A stretch of DNA of 64,000 nucleotides, taken from positions 38,487,703 to 38,551,702 of the forward strand of contig CP154954.1 in the NCBI GenBank assembly GCA_039621445.1, given 5' to 3'. The notes beneath the pieces were generated by a model. It was not told the DNA's origin. It worked only from the letters and a program-made list of their open reading frames with translations, and did no database searches. Each line of letters starts with the position of its first letter. The first letter of the stretch is position 1. Below are positions 13,001 to 27,600 of the stretch, piece by piece. Made by a program: the position numbers and the translations under genes. Origin of the DNA: Euglena gracilis. Taxonomy: Eukaryota.

Positions 13001-16000
13001 GGATTCCCAAACAGCCCTGAGGCCAGGCAGGTTAACCCAACCTCTGGCTGACAGCGAGGGGAGCATTCATCACACAGAGAGAAAGGAAGCCTGTCAACCC
13101 CATTGTGCGAAAGGGTGTGACTAGAGCGAAAGCAATGGCACGGCTCCGAAGCCTTCAGCCATCCGTCCCCCGCAAGGCACAGCCGAGTATGAGGGGGGGG
13201 GGACATTAACAGAAAACCGGAGTACTGTCACCGACCGTACAGCTGTCGACTGTCGGTCCGCTGGTTGTTGTTTATGACTCTTTGGATGGATTGCAATATT
13301 CAAAATTTTGATGTCATCCATTTGCGTTGGTTCCAAGACATAAGTTGGTTTTTATGTCTTGCCAACTTTCTGGGACTTCATGGCAAGGGTGCATTGCAAA
13401 AATTTGTCCATCTTCGTGAAGAGGTTGAAAAATGATACTTCATTTAATACAAACCACTGAAGAGGAGACTGTTAAAGACGGCTGGGCCCCGGCCCCAGTG
13501 CTGGCACACGGCGTTGCAGGCGTGCGACTCGAAGAACTTGTCGATGCCGCGCTGCCGCATGTCCGCCTTGCCGAAGGGCCGCTCCGAGGCGATGGTGTTG
13601 ATCTGCGGGTCCGTGTACAGCTCCGGCCCGGGGCCCTGGGGGTGCGGGGGAGGGGGTAAAGAGCGCAGCCCTGTCCCCAAACCATTTCTAGACAATTGCA
13701 GAAATTGATCTTTGAGCCCCGACAGAGAGTTTTCTACCCGGGGTCCGGGCTCACCCACCCGCCCCTTAGGGGGCCAGGGGGACAGGCTGGGGGACACGCG
13801 TTTAGGGGGGGGGAATTTGGGGTACAAAAAAAATTGGCGCTTCGAGACGAAAATAGAAATATATAATGTAATAATAATATATGATATATAATGTTATAAT
13901 TATACAATATTAAAATATATGATATTATAATATATAGTACTACAATATTATATGTAGAAATATGTAATAAAATGCTGTTTGATAATTTTTTTTGGAAGCA
14001 CTGACACTGCACGGGGAGAGTTTTTTTTTCAATTCATTAGATATATTTTTTTTTAAAAAAAATGAGCCAAACAGGGAGCAACTAGCAACTATGGAGTACA
14101 ACAGCAACCCATTGGCAGGGGTGGCCCCACCAGGGCTCCAAGCAGGCACCGTTTTCCAATCCGGGGGTGCTTCTCCCCTCAGTCACAGCCGCACCAGCTG
14201 GGGCCAGGGAGACGCACGGCCGGCACACACCTCCGACACAAAGCCCTGGATGTCCGCCACCACCAGCAGCCCCTCCGAGAAGTTGAACGTGAAATGACTG
14301 AAGGCCTGCGGGGTCGGCCCCAGCCCGGCACTGATTGTCATTCCAGCTCCGAGCCAGGCTTCTGTTTGAGACCCCCTGGGGGCTGGGGAGAGGGGAGGGG
14401 GGGTACCTCCGGCCAACTCGGTGTAGGACCCCCCTGGTTTCTTCCCCGATTTTTGGGGACCCAAAAATCAGGTCATCTGAGGGTGTCTTCAAAAACTTTC
14501 CGTTGCTTGCTCCAGACGGAACCCATACCCAGACCGGCCCTGGACCCAACCCCCTGCCTCTGAGTGCCTGGGACTCCCCCCCCCCTGGCTCACTGGCTCG
14601 AGCAATGTCGGCCCCAACAAGGTTTCGGGGAAGGAGGCCCACCCCTGGGGGTGGGGCGGCAGGGTCTCACTTTCTCTCAATGTTCTCGGGCAGGCCAGTT
14701 CCCCTTGGGGGGGGGTTCCCACCCCATTGTGTGTACTGCGTGGCACTGCTTCTCATCGGACTCATGCCAAGGATTTGCACGGGGTGTTGCAAGGGGAACA
14801 GTTGGGTGGCAACATGCAGTTGGGCACCAAATTCAAAAGTTCCAGACAGCGACGACGAGCCCATCTTTCGATCGCCCTCTTGCAATAACCGACCAAAACA
14901 GATAATCGACTTTTTTGCAAAACAAAAAAATCGGCCCTCACTAATGTTCGTCTCCGACCGGGGGGGGGGTTTTAACAGGGGGGGGGGCAAAAAGTAGGTA
15001 CTGGTATATGGCCATTTTGGGCTGTTTTTAGACATTTTTGGCATTTTGGTCACTTTTGGCCAGTTTGGGCCAATTTTTGACCATTTTTGACCATTTTGAC
15101 CATCCTTGGCCAATTTCGGCCAACTTTCCACAATTTTTTATTTGCTGTTTGCTGTTTGTCACAATCTCGCACACTTTCATTAAATTTTGTCATTTTGGGT
15201 AATTTGGAACATGTTTTTTGGAGTTATTGGCCTGTTTCATGCCATTTTGAGGCATTTTCAGCCAATTTATGGTGATCATCCCAACGAATTGCAATAAAAA
15301 GTTTCTCTGAAACACGGAAATGCAAAAAAAAAATCATACAAATCCAACAATTATTGAACAAACATCGTATACAAAAAGATTGGGGGTGGTCGTTGGACAA
15401 GTCTGGTCTTTGGACAAAGGGGGCGGGGGTACAAAAAAAGTCCCTCGTGGTGGGCCAACCATAATTCAGAGGGTTGCCATATTTGGACATGTAAAGCAAA
15501 AGCTCAATGGTGCACTGCTCCCAATGGCAATGACACGAGATCGCTCATTTCATTCATTCAAAAATCATCAACATTGGAAATGAATGCCACCATTGCCCCG
15601 AGGCAAAATCAACCGCAACGGGGTCGAGCTGGCTGAAGCGTTGGGGAACTTCGGGTTGACCCAGCCGAAGTTGTTGGTGTACTTCACGAACGTCCCGGCG
15701 ATGTACTTCTCCGCGAGGAGCACCAGTACGGCCGCAGCCCGCCCAACGGAATGTGGGCCACGGGGAGGGGGCGGGGCCCACCCCCCTGTTCAACCCACGA
15801 GAAATCATTCGACCGGCAGCACCATCAACCTGACATCCTGACCCCAAACTCAAGCTGACATCCCAAACTCACTCCGGCATAATATGAGCCTTCTGCAGGG
15901 AAGCGACACATTCCTGGGGTTCAGGGGTCCCGCAGCAGGTTGGTCCAGACACCCCCACCCCGCCGCAACACAGTTCTTCGCGGGTTGTGGGGGGGGGGGG

Positions 16001-18474
16001 GGGGGGGGGGGGGGCCACCCTGCAGACTTGCCAGAGGCTTTTTTTTTGAGACGCAGGGGAGTCAGCACCCCTGATCCCCTGGGGTTGGGGCCCAGCTGCT
16101 CAGCATAAGGTGCGGAGCTTTCTTCTTGGGGTTGGTGACTGAGGGAAGTCCGGCTGGGGGTGGGGGTTAGGCCGAGGGGGTACCCTGTGGAAGGGGGGGA
16201 GGTTCCTCCCCCCCCCTTCCACTTCTGCTTTTCGGCACAGAGCGCCAAAATTGTGGGGAACTGACTCCACCGGGGTCATTTTCAAAAAGGAGGTCCCGCC
16301 GCGCTGGCGGGCGGGCCGCGGGCGGCTTGCCGTCTGGGCCACATCGCTCGCTGCACTCCATCACCCAGGCCGACAGGAACCGGACCTGCCGGGGTGGGTG
16401 GGGCAGGGGGCGGGTGCAGCCTTCAGGGGGGCGGGGAGGCTGGGGAAGGGCGTTCCCTTGACGACCCCTCCATAAAAAAATGGATCTTTGCGGACTCCCT
16501 CCCACAGAGAAGCTGCCACCAAACAAGTCGCCAACTTCAACGCGAACAATTCTAGGTGGCAAATTCAACATGAAAAAAACGAGGTCCAGCGAACCCACTA
16601 TGCCATCAACGAAGCCACAAACAACTATGCACAGGTGTGAGGATGATTTATTAATCGACAAAAGGTTGCTCTGGTTGAAACACTATAAACAACACCACTG
16701 TCGAGTACCAACAACACTGTCGACAGCTTAACTTCAACTTTAAAATATAATCACTCATTCAACCCCAGGCGGATCAGCCACTTGGGGATCCATGTGAAAT
16801 TGACCAAAAATGAAGAAAATGGGCAAATTTTTAATATTTTCTTTAGTATTTATTCACACTGGATCTAATTATGATCTGTGGTGTGTGCGTACATTTTGTA
16901 CATGAACACATTATTGATTGTGTGAACGTGGCAGGCATTGACACACCTGTTTTTTTCGTTGGATGATTTGTTGCCCATTTGAGAAAGGAAAAGTCCTGCC
17001 ACCTTGAACGGCGCTACACGGGACATGGGGCCTGCCGTGCCCCGGCACCTTCTATCCTGTGGGTGTGCACCCCTCCCCAGCCTGCACCGGTTGAACTGCT
17101 CCCCGTACCACTGAGCCGTGGCTTGCATCCGGGCCGCCCCCAGGGCAGGGATGGCCGGAAAGAGCGGCACAGATGAAGCACGGTGCAACGCGGGGGGGGG
17201 GGGGGGGGGCAGAATAGACCCTCAAAATGTGACACAACAAATCAACCCCCCCCCAATCGTTTGGGGGATACAAGGAAAATGTCAAAAAAGACATGATTTT
17301 CACAATCTGGGGAACATGCTGATTCTAAAAATATGGAATTTGCTGAGCCAAAAAAAAAGACAAAAGATGACCAAACTTTGGTGGTCTCAGGGAAAAATTA
17401 GGTCCAAAATTTGGAGATTTGCTGAACTGAGATCATTTCCCAGGAGGCTTTGCAAAACGCGGGGGGGGGGGGCGACAAAAAACCGCAAAAAGCCAACAAA
17501 TTTTGCCAAAATAGAAAAAAAATTGAAAAAACGCGTTGTGTGCTGCCCTGCCCTGGCCTCCAGGAAATACTCATCGCGGGGCTCGCGGGCGTTCTTGCTC
17601 CACTTCACCACGAAGTCCTGCTCTGGGCCCGGGGGGCAGGGCCTGCCCGTCTCCGCTCAGCAACAAACGCAGCACAAAGGAAAAGGGTCCGCCACAAGGA
17701 TGCAATGGGCGTCGGGTAAACCGTGCAACGAAACAATTCCCCAGTCAAATAACCCGATGCTAAGAAGCAAAGTCCCTTCAACAACAGCGTTTGGTCGACC
17801 GACGGCGACTCCAAGGGGAGGGATATTATCTGGCGAGAATTGTTGCAATTTTGGGTCAAAATTTCAATCACGGAAATGTGTTGAACAACCCCAAAGTCCA
17901 TGTTGGGGGGATATTATTTGGGCGGCTGAACTTGGGCTCTGGAGGGAGTATTATTTTTGGGGGGGAATACAACTTGGGGGGGGGGGGCTTACAAAGCTGC
18001 TGATTAGAATTGCAGCCACTCCCCACCACACAGCAACCCCGGAACTTCAACCTCACCCGAGCATGTGGTGAGGTCCTGAGCAATGGCCGGTCCAGGTTCT
18101 TCATGTAGTAGACATGCCGCAGGGCTCCCTGGAGGAACAAGGTGCATGGATACAAGGTGCATGGCCATGTGGGGCCATTGGCACACAGCATTTGCACTCG
18201 GTTGCCAGACGCTGTCCACGCATGCACCCAGATGTCCACGCATGCATCGGCACTCCCACACATGCACACGCACACACACATATTTGGGGGGGTGTCCAAC
18301 ACACCTCCTGCCAGGGGTAGGGGTCCAGCCGCACACGGGCAGGGGTGCGCTGCCACGTGGCGGTGTCGAACTCGTAGCGGAAGAGCGTGACGGGCTCCCC
18401 GGCCGGCGGGGACGTCAACTGGCCGGAGGAGTGGGGCGGCAGGGTTGTGGTCAACAGGGCGGTTGGTCACTGGC

Positions 18475-18550
<76 letters not shown>

Positions 18551-18602
18551 TGTATGCGTGGCTGTCTGTGTGTCTGCGTGTGCCTGTCTGTGTGTGTGTG
18601 TG

Positions 18603-18646
<44 letters not shown>

Positions 18647-21600
18647 GGTGTCTGTGTGCCTGTGTCTGTATGCGTGTCTGTGTCTGTGTCTGTGTGTGCC
18701 TGTCTGTCTGTGTGTGTGTGTGTGTCTGTGCGCGTGTCTCTGTGTGTGTGTGTGTCTGTGAGTGTGTGTGGGTTCGGGCGTGCGCGCGCGTGGGCGCGCG
18801 TGTCTCTGTGCGCGCGTATCTCTCTCTCTGTGTGTGTCTGTTTGTGTCTGTATGTGTCTGTGTATGTCTGGGTTGGGTGGGTGGTGGGTGGGTGGGTGTG
18901 TCTGCGTGTGCGTGCATGTGTGGATTGGGTGGGTGGGTGGGCGGGCCGGTGGGTGTGCATGACATAAAATGTACGTGCCTCCAAAAGTGCAATCCACCTC
19001 TCCTCAGCATGGACCGTCTCTCTGGAGCACAGGTTCTTACACCATCATTTTGTCAGAGGGGACACCAACCGGACGCACAGCCGCCGACAGGAAAACCCCG
19101 GGCGTCTTGGGGTGTGGCCGCGGCCCGACGAGCCCTTGCAGGCCCATGCCCATCCCCAAACCAACTGCTTGTGAACGCCGGGGAAGTCGTTGCAACAATA
19201 TCTTCACCGAACACTTTTGCCAACATCCGTCGGGGAGATCATGGCCTGCTTTGGGTGGGGGCACTGTTGCCGCATCAGGGTTAGGGGGGTAGCGGGTTTG
19301 GGCCTGGGCCGCCCTCCCGCCTCGCCACCAACGGCGAGGTGTGGTGCCGGGTCCGTGTAGGACGCCGGCGGTGGCAGAGGTGACGGCGAGACGGGGGCGA
19401 GGGCGGTGGGGGGCTGGGGGGTGGTGGCCCGCAGGGCGGTGAAGGCAGAGGCGTTGGAGGTGGAGGAGGAGGACGATGCGGTGGGCGCTGTGGGCACGAG
19501 CAGGGTAGTCTGGTGGTGGCATGGGGTGGGGAAGTCAGGGACTTGGGAACACACGCTGTGCAGGGATTCGCCACATCAGAGCGGGATTTTGGGTGTACAA
19601 TCCGGACAAAAATAATAGGAAACAAGAATGATGGGAGAAATTGACGGGAAAAAATGATGGGAAAATGTCGGGTTTGGAAAAGGTAATGATGGGAGAATTC
19701 AACTTTTCACAGAAATTGGTGGTAATTTTCCCACTTGCGAGGAAGGATTTTCAGCAAAAAAAAAAAGCAATTCAAAATGGTCAAAGTGGTCCTAGTTGCA
19801 GTTTTGTGATTTTTTCATATAAAAAAAAGACCCCAAAATTCACAGCTCCCTCAAAAGGGCATAGAAAGGGTACGGCGGTGGGGGGGGGGATGACGGGGGG
19901 GGAAATGATGGGAAACATTGGGTGGTTTCCCATGCTTTTTGTTTCCTGTCATTTTTGTCCGGACTGTAAAAGAAAATGTCTCCCTGGGATAAATCTTTCA
20001 TTCCCATTCACGGGAATCATCAAAACTGGAAATGCACAAAGACCGGGCACCCAACACCGGCTTCCTGTGGCCTGGACCTGGGGAGCGGAGGGACACCACC
20101 ACCAGTCACATGAAGAAGCGGGAAGAGGTATAAAGTCAGGCACCATTGCGCAACAAAAGGTTGAAGGTCAGCCGGACCACCCTGGCCCTCGGCGGCTGCG
20201 CCGCGGCCGACTGCCGGGCAGACAGCGGCACGACGACGCCCCCGTACTCCTCCCACTGCAGCGGCTCCTCCCGGACCGCGGCGGGCGGCGCGGTGTAGGC
20301 GCTGGGCAAGTGGTCGCGGCCCATCGGGGCCTGGCCGCCCAGCAGAGGGACAGGGGGGGGCAGGCCCTCCTGGCGGCCTGGGGCGGCCAGGGCGGGGGAG
20401 CAGAGGTGGCGCTGCGCTCCGCGGCGGCGGGGGCCGGCGGCGGTCCCGGGGAGGCGGCAGGGGACTCGTCCAGCGGGCCGGAGAGCTGTAGCGCAGCGGC
20501 GACGGGGGACCGGGGCGGGTAGTACGGGGACGGCGGGGGCCGCCGCTGACCTTGTCCACCGGTGGTGGGTTTTGCGGGGTTGGGGCCACAGGGATGCCGC
20601 TGGCCATCGCCGACCGCCCAACCACACAAAACACATCAGAATACGGGGCGCATGGGTTTGCGGAGAACATGTTCACCGCCCACCGAACCCACGGTATTCG
20701 GGCCCTCACAGTTTCCCAGGTGCGGACCCTCACGGGCATATGTGACAATTTGGGGGGAGGGGCAGGCGTACCACAAACCCGCCCGTTTCCCCAGAGGCCA
20801 AAGCCGGCAGCCCCATCGGGGTCCGGTCTGGAGCGACGGGCGTGGACGGGGTCACGGACCGGCGGGACAGCGGCGGGGGCGGCGGCTCGAGGTCCAGCAC
20901 GGGCGAGAGGGACCGCCGGGAGGTGGGGCCAGGCCACCGCAACAGCGAGGGAGGGACACCGTGGACGAATGGTCTGGGGGGGGGGGGCACTGATGATCTC
21001 AAAATTTTGTTCTGGAAAATTTTCCGAATTTTGAGCAAAAAAGAGAAATGGCAAAATTTCGGGGAAAAAACAGGCCAACCTCGGGAAAAAATTCTTTCTG
21101 GCATCGCTGGAGCAGTGTATCCACCCAAATCTCAAAAGAAAAAGCATGTTCTAACATTTTGATTTTTAACCTGGATCGATGTTGGTTCGATGCTGGGATG
21201 GCTCTTTAACTGCCCTTGGAAAATAGACGTTGCCCATGTCGGGGGGTCGACCTTGCAAAGAAAAACTTTTCCGTATTTCGAAGATTGGCAACGTGCACCC
21301 CCCAGCCTCCCCCCAGCACGGTCACTCCCTGATGGTGCAAAGAGCTGGGGACGCGGAAAAAATGCTGAAATCCTAATTTCAAGCGCAAAAAAATGCTGCA
21401 AACTGTGAGATTTTGGGATTCTGAGTGCGAAAAAATCATGGGACCTTGACAACGTCCAATACAGACAAATTGACAGCACCGCTACAGTTTCCTGGGGAAG
21501 ACCCTGGCAATCTCTCGGGCATCACAGTTCCTCAGGGGAAGGCAGGAGGGCGGGGGATGGGTGGGTTTGTTGCCGACCACCTGGGCACGGTGAGCAAAAC

Positions 21601-24600
21601 ACTTCAAAAAAAAACACCAAAACAGGCGGCAGGCGGATTGTCCCCCAGTTTTCTGAGCTTTTCGGCGGCACCCACGATCTGACAATACGTATGCCGCCCC
21701 TGCCAGGGCCGCCTGGGAGGGGCTGGGGCCCGGCAGGGAGGGGGGGGTGGGGGGGCCGGCCGGGCCGTTGGGCCGAAGGGGTGGGGGGGGCAGGAGGGGG
21801 GCCGGCGGCGCGGGCACCACCCCGCGGGGCAGCGAGGGGAGGGGAGGGGCCGCCCGCACCGCTGGGGGCACGGTTGGGGGAGAGAGGTCTCCCTTTGAGA
21901 GCCCGGCCCTTCCACCCACCTTTCTCCTTTCTCTTCGCAGCACATTTTGCGTGTTTTTTTGTTGTTTTTTTAATACAGGATCCACAAAAACTATGGTACA
22001 AAAAATTACGGGTAAAAAATTACAGTAAAAAATATTTTGGTAAAACTTCGATTTTGGAAAATGAATTTTTGGTAAAATTCGGTATTCAACCACCTCTTAA
22101 AACCTTTTTTTTGTCATGTGTCTAGGAGTCCTGTCCATTTCATTGGGTAAATCGAACTAATTCTGGCCATTTTGCCTCAAAATCAAGGGTCAGTATTTAC
22201 CAACATTTGTGCAATGTTTGTCATTTTTTGGGGGCACAAAACCATTTCTCAGCCATTTTTTGCTATATTGGGCTGAGGCTTCACAAAAGAGGGTGTGGGA
22301 AGTTGACACCGGTCGGAAACTGCGGTAAAAACAATTTTGGTAAAATTCTGATATTTTACAAAAACAAAAACTTGTCACTGTAGTTTTCGTCCACCCTTCA
22401 ACAATGCCAGTTTCTCCACCAGGTTTGTGGCCCCGAATGTCTCACTCAACATCGTTGAAGCTGAACACCTCCACTTCTCCTCGCTCCCCATGGCCACAGG
22501 CAGGGAATTCATTAAGCCGGGCCCCACCCCACCCGGGAGGGGACGGGGGGTTCAGCCAGCCAGGGCCTTTTTCCAGCCAGCAGCTCCCATCTGGGCTGCG
22601 GACCCCTCTCTCCGGGGAGTGGGGTCGAGTGGAAATAAAGTTCTCACAGCCTGGTGAAGCTGGGCTGGATCAAAAAAAACTGGCATAAAGCGCCAAAAGC
22701 TTTCTAAAAAAAATGGGTCAAAAATGACAGCAGATGTCCGTTTTGAAAGTTTTGGGGTTCACCTCAAAGTTTTGGCTGGAAAAAAACTCAAGCTGGATTT
22801 GAGCTTTTTTTGCCTGTTTTCGGGTGCCATCCAGGTTCAGGCTGGCAGCCGGTTAAACCCACCCTCAGAGGGGTGGTCCGGCCAGCACCTTTTTTCCAGC
22901 CAGATGGCTGGATCCCCCCGGGTCCTCAAAAAACTGTGCTCTGTTCCCTGGTCATGGGAGGCACCCTCGTACCCGCCCCTCCCCGGGCAATTGTCGCGTG
23001 ACAAATCGGGCAGCACGGAGGGGGGTGACAATTTCCCGGGGTGACAATTTGGCCAGCACAGAGGGGGGTGACAATTGCCCGGGGGCGTCAATTGCCCGGG
23101 GGCGTCAATTGCCCACCCATGTAGGCCACATTAAATCCAAATGACCAAAAACACCATCTGAAACACCAGTGAACACGCAAAAATGCAGCTATGGTCGTGA
23201 TATTGTGCAGAGCATTTGGTATGTGACATTTCTCAGCATGTTGTGGCGAAATAGACGATCAATCGAGTCGTGTTGGTGAAAAGAAAGTTCACAAACATCT
23301 TCTGTAGGGGGGGGGGTGACAAATTGGGCAGCACGGAGGGGGGTGACAATTTCCCGGGGTGACAAATTGGCCGGCACAGCCAGGGGTGACAATTGCCCGG
23401 GGGCGTCAATTGCCCGGGGGCGTCAATTGCCCGGGGGCGTCAATTGCCCGGGGGGGGGGGGGGGGATGCCACCCAACCACCTAAAAATGTATGCTTCTGC
23501 AGGCGGGAGGCTGGGATGGGGTGCCAAATGGACGGAATGGAAGTTGAAGGGGGATCAGCACCGATGGCCAAACCCCAAACCGCAGCAGCCCTGACGGAGG
23601 GCACGAAGATGCGTGGCTTTGGGGATCACCCCGTCGTGCCACAGCAACCACCTCTGCGGGGCGCTCCCCGGAGTTCAGCGGTGACCCCATCGGTGGGCGG
23701 GGACGACGGTCTGTCAGAGAGGTCAGCGGCGGCCGGGACGGGCGTGGCTGGGGTTCCCTGGGGGGCTTCAGGGTGCGGTAGGAACTGCCGCCAGATGACC
23801 GCCAGCTCTGAAGCCGGAAACAGGCAGAGCGCAACCCGGCAATCAGGGTTGCATTCAAAAAGACACTCCAGTCATTTTTGGTCTTTTTTTGCTGAACCAA
23901 GTTGGCTATTGTATTGAAAAAAAGTAAGGGTGAACTTCAGTGAACTCTGCTTCCCAAAAAAGACAGAGCTGTCCCTGGCCCACCGTGGACAGCCTCCCCC
24001 CAAACGCTCAGTCACTCTGGAAAAAAAAACCAGTCCGCCAAACCCTAGGGTGATATGGCGAAACCCAGGAATGAGAAATCACGTGGCGGCAGCCCAAAAG
24101 AACAGAGGAGAAGCGAGATGCTGCGCAGGGCTGCCCAGCGGTTTGGCGGCTCGGGCCGGGTGTCTGTGGGGCTGATGGGGGGGGGACACCCCTGCCTGGG
24201 AGGTGCCGCGCTTCCTGTTGGGGACGTGTTGTGGGGATGCTCCCTGCCACCCGAACCCCTCAATCAGAAGCCCCCTGGGGGCAACTATTTGGTCACGGTG
24301 CAGAAAACCCGGGGACCATTAAAATCAGAAGATGGGCTACTTTAATGTTTTCGGTGTACGGGTGGCAGGTCTGTGGTGCTGGGACACTATTCGGGAGGGC
24401 CTGGTTTTACAGTATTTGGGGGGGGGGTCTGCGATTTTGAGTCTTGGCTCAAATTGTAGTTATGGTGTTCGGGGGGGGGGGGGTCTGATGGCAGTCGCCA
24501 GACACCGCCCTCGAGGCTGGAGGTCTTGGGGGGTGGACAAGAGACCAGCCGAGGAGCTGAGCGTTCCCCTGTCCTGACTTGCCCGCCTGCCACCGCACTC

Positions 24601-27600
24601 CAACCCGCACCGGGGTTGGGTCGACACCCACCCACTGCCCCTCCTGCGATCGGTCCCCCGAGCAGGCAGGCTGGCCCTCAGGGCCATGCCCACTTGCAGT
24701 TGGCCCATTGGGTTGTGCCAACGACCCTGATGATCTCCCGGAGCGACTCTGGAAGCTCCTGGTCCCCGGGGGGGGGGGGTGATCATGGCATTTCCCCGGG
24801 GGAGGGGTGGGCATCAGCATCATAACAACACTTGTGGGGGGGTGGGAGCAAGGATAGCTCTGGGAGGAGGGAGCATCGGCGGGCTGAGAGGCCGCCAGAA
24901 AGGGCTGTGTGTCGGGGGCTGCGCCGTTGTCGGAGCCGGAGACAGAAGGAGCCAGCTGTGAAGAGTCGCACGAGAGTCCGCGAGGTCGCGGGTGGCAGCC
25001 AAGGCACTGGCACAGAAGGAGTGCGTATCAATGAACGGAGTGTGGGTCAGGTTTTGGTTCAATAACGCCCCCCAATTTCCCAGAAAGCCGAAGCCAAATT
25101 TACCCCCCCCCCCTATGTCCAATGACCGGTAACCTCTGTCCTCTGACCGGGGGGGTGGTCGTTGGACATAGGGTAGTGACCAAAAAGGTGTCCTCTGACC
25201 GGGGGGGTGGTCGTTGGACATGGGGTCAAAAGAAAGTTGGTGGGTACCCGGGTCCCTACCCACCCAAAAATGCCCAAATTTTCCCTTCCGGCGCTTCGCG
25301 GCGAAAATTTTGGGCAATTTCAACAAATTTTTGTCCAAAAAGTGTCAAAAATGGCATTTTGGCCAAATTTTTGGCCAATTTTTGGGCAAAATTTTTCGTC
25401 CCGGCGCGAAGCGCCGGGACCAAAAATTTGGTCAAACCTCCGAAAAGGTGTCCTCTGACCGGGGGGGTGGTCATTGGACATAGGGGGGTCGTTGGACATA
25501 GGGGGGGGGGTAAGCAACGGATTGCTCAAATTTGGAGGGCAGAGTTCAAACAAAATGATGCCGCCTGTGCCAGCACACCTCCCGGGGTATATTTGGGCCA
25601 GGCAGAAGGGGGACGCGGGGCCTCAGGCTCCCAGGCGGGCGTACTGCTGGATGGTGAGGTGGCGGTGGGAGTGGAGGGCGTCGACGTACTCCCCGGGGGA
25701 CTGGCCCCGCCGGCGGGCACCCCACAGTGGGAGGAGAGGGTTGGCGTGCCGGGCGGGCCCGCCGGTGGCCGGGAGCGGGCGGAGTCGGGGACGAGGGGAT
25801 GGTAGTGCAGCGGGGACCGCGCCTGGAGCCGCTGCCCCACCGGTGTGGTGGGGGACGGCTGCGCGATGGCGGGCGGCACGGGCGGGGAGGCGGGCACAGC
25901 CGCCCACTCTGGCTCCACACAACACTTGCAAAGAAACGCACGAACCTCGAAAATAATGCGGGCCGATTATATTGGTTGGTCTGCAGTTTGTGTATGTTTT
26001 ATTCAGCCAAAGCTCAAATTCTCACCTCTAGTGTTGAAATTTGGGGTTAAAACAACGCCCAGGACTTCATTACTAAGAGACCTTTGTCATTGCACGGAAC
26101 TGAATGCGAAAAGAAAAGCTTTGCTGACTGGACTGAAGGCTTCTTGGCGCAGCGGAGGGAAAAACCGGAACGGAGGAGGCCCTTGCCCTTCCACGTTGTC
26201 CTTTTACACCAAATCACATCCTTTCCTGTCGAAGCCAGCCGCGTCCTTGCCACACAAGTACGCTGCTCGGCTCAAAAGGTGGGACGGTCGGCCATCGGAG
26301 AGGGGGGGCTGGTTCGGGCGTTGGCCGTCGGGAGCCCCGAACTCGGAACCGCGGAAGGGGCGGGCTGGTGCCACCAGTGGGGAGGAGCGGCGGTCCACCA
26401 CGAGGGGCAACTCCATCTCCACCGACAGCTGGTCGCACGTCGCCGGCAGCCTGGGCTGGTCCGACTCCTGTGCCGCCGCCACGGCCTCCCCCCGACTGTG
26501 CCCCCCCCCCCCATACACGCGCCAGGGCTTTTGTCAGAGCAAGGCGTAGCTGGGGGGGTGGACTCACCCATCCCCAGGGGCCTGTGCAACCCCCAGTCTT
26601 CTCCAAAAGCACTGAGAAAGAAAAGCGACAGAAAAAAACAAGGGCAAGGCAATCCATGCCCAACAAAACCAGGTGGAGAAGCTGCCGGCTCTTGGAAACC
26701 TCCAGAGTGGCGAGGGTTTGCAGGTGGTCATTTTGCGGGAGGTTGGGAGGCCGATTGGTTGGATCGCCGAGCCCTGTTACCCTATTTCTTCAAATAACCT
26801 CAGAAATTCTGTTTTTATGATCGATTTGCGGTTTGGATTGGGCCGCGGCTCTCAGCCGTGGGAAAAAAATGGAGTTGAACAGGATTGGTTGGGATGCAAT
26901 GCGGTGGGAACTCACACGAACCAACCTCCCGTGACCTCCCACCTAAGTCTGTATCTGGTCAGGGGAGATCGTGCCCATGGTGAGCTCCTCGGGGTGCCAG
27001 AGCAACTGCATGGTTGCCGCCAGAGGGTGGGGTGGGGGGGGGCCAGCACAAACCCAGGGACGAAAGGCAGTGACGCTGGCTTATTGCTACCCCAGGCCCC
27101 CATCTCTGGAAAGGCGTGGCCTGAGGTATTGGCGTGAAACCTTCGGGTGTTGTGGTCGACATAAGTACCAGTCACCCCTCCCCCCCCCCTGAAAAGTCGG
27201 CAGGCGCAGCAATGTTTCCACCGCCCAATCCCAACCCCGATTCCGATGGGGTTGGCCGTCCAGCCCCCCCCCCCCCCCTGGCTGGGGAGACAGCGCCGCC
27301 CGATGGCCGCCGCTGGAAGGCGTCCTCTGTGGCAGGGTCCGCGCGGGGCCATCGGCGGCCCAGGCAAGGGATAGAGAGGGAAGGGGAGGGAGGGGAGAGC
27401 AAGGGTGTGAGGCGCGGCCGCCCATGTCCGGGTGATGGAGGCGGCGAAGATCCGCAGCTGGGACATGGTGGGCGGCTGCCGTTGTGGGCAGGGGGCCGGC
27501 CCCTTCCAAGGTTGTGTGTGGTGCGCAGGGTTGTGTACGTGTGTGTGGTTGTGGGTTTGGGTGTGCATCCACAGGGGTGGGTGGGTGGCAGGCACGAACA

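Noticed and set aside
17868-19284. Long ORFs rich in HT/CV repeats (also 8064-8922, 42787-43936, 48496-49452, 50385-51580)
   Set aside because: Translations of stop-free microsatellites; only the embedded exon pieces are real.
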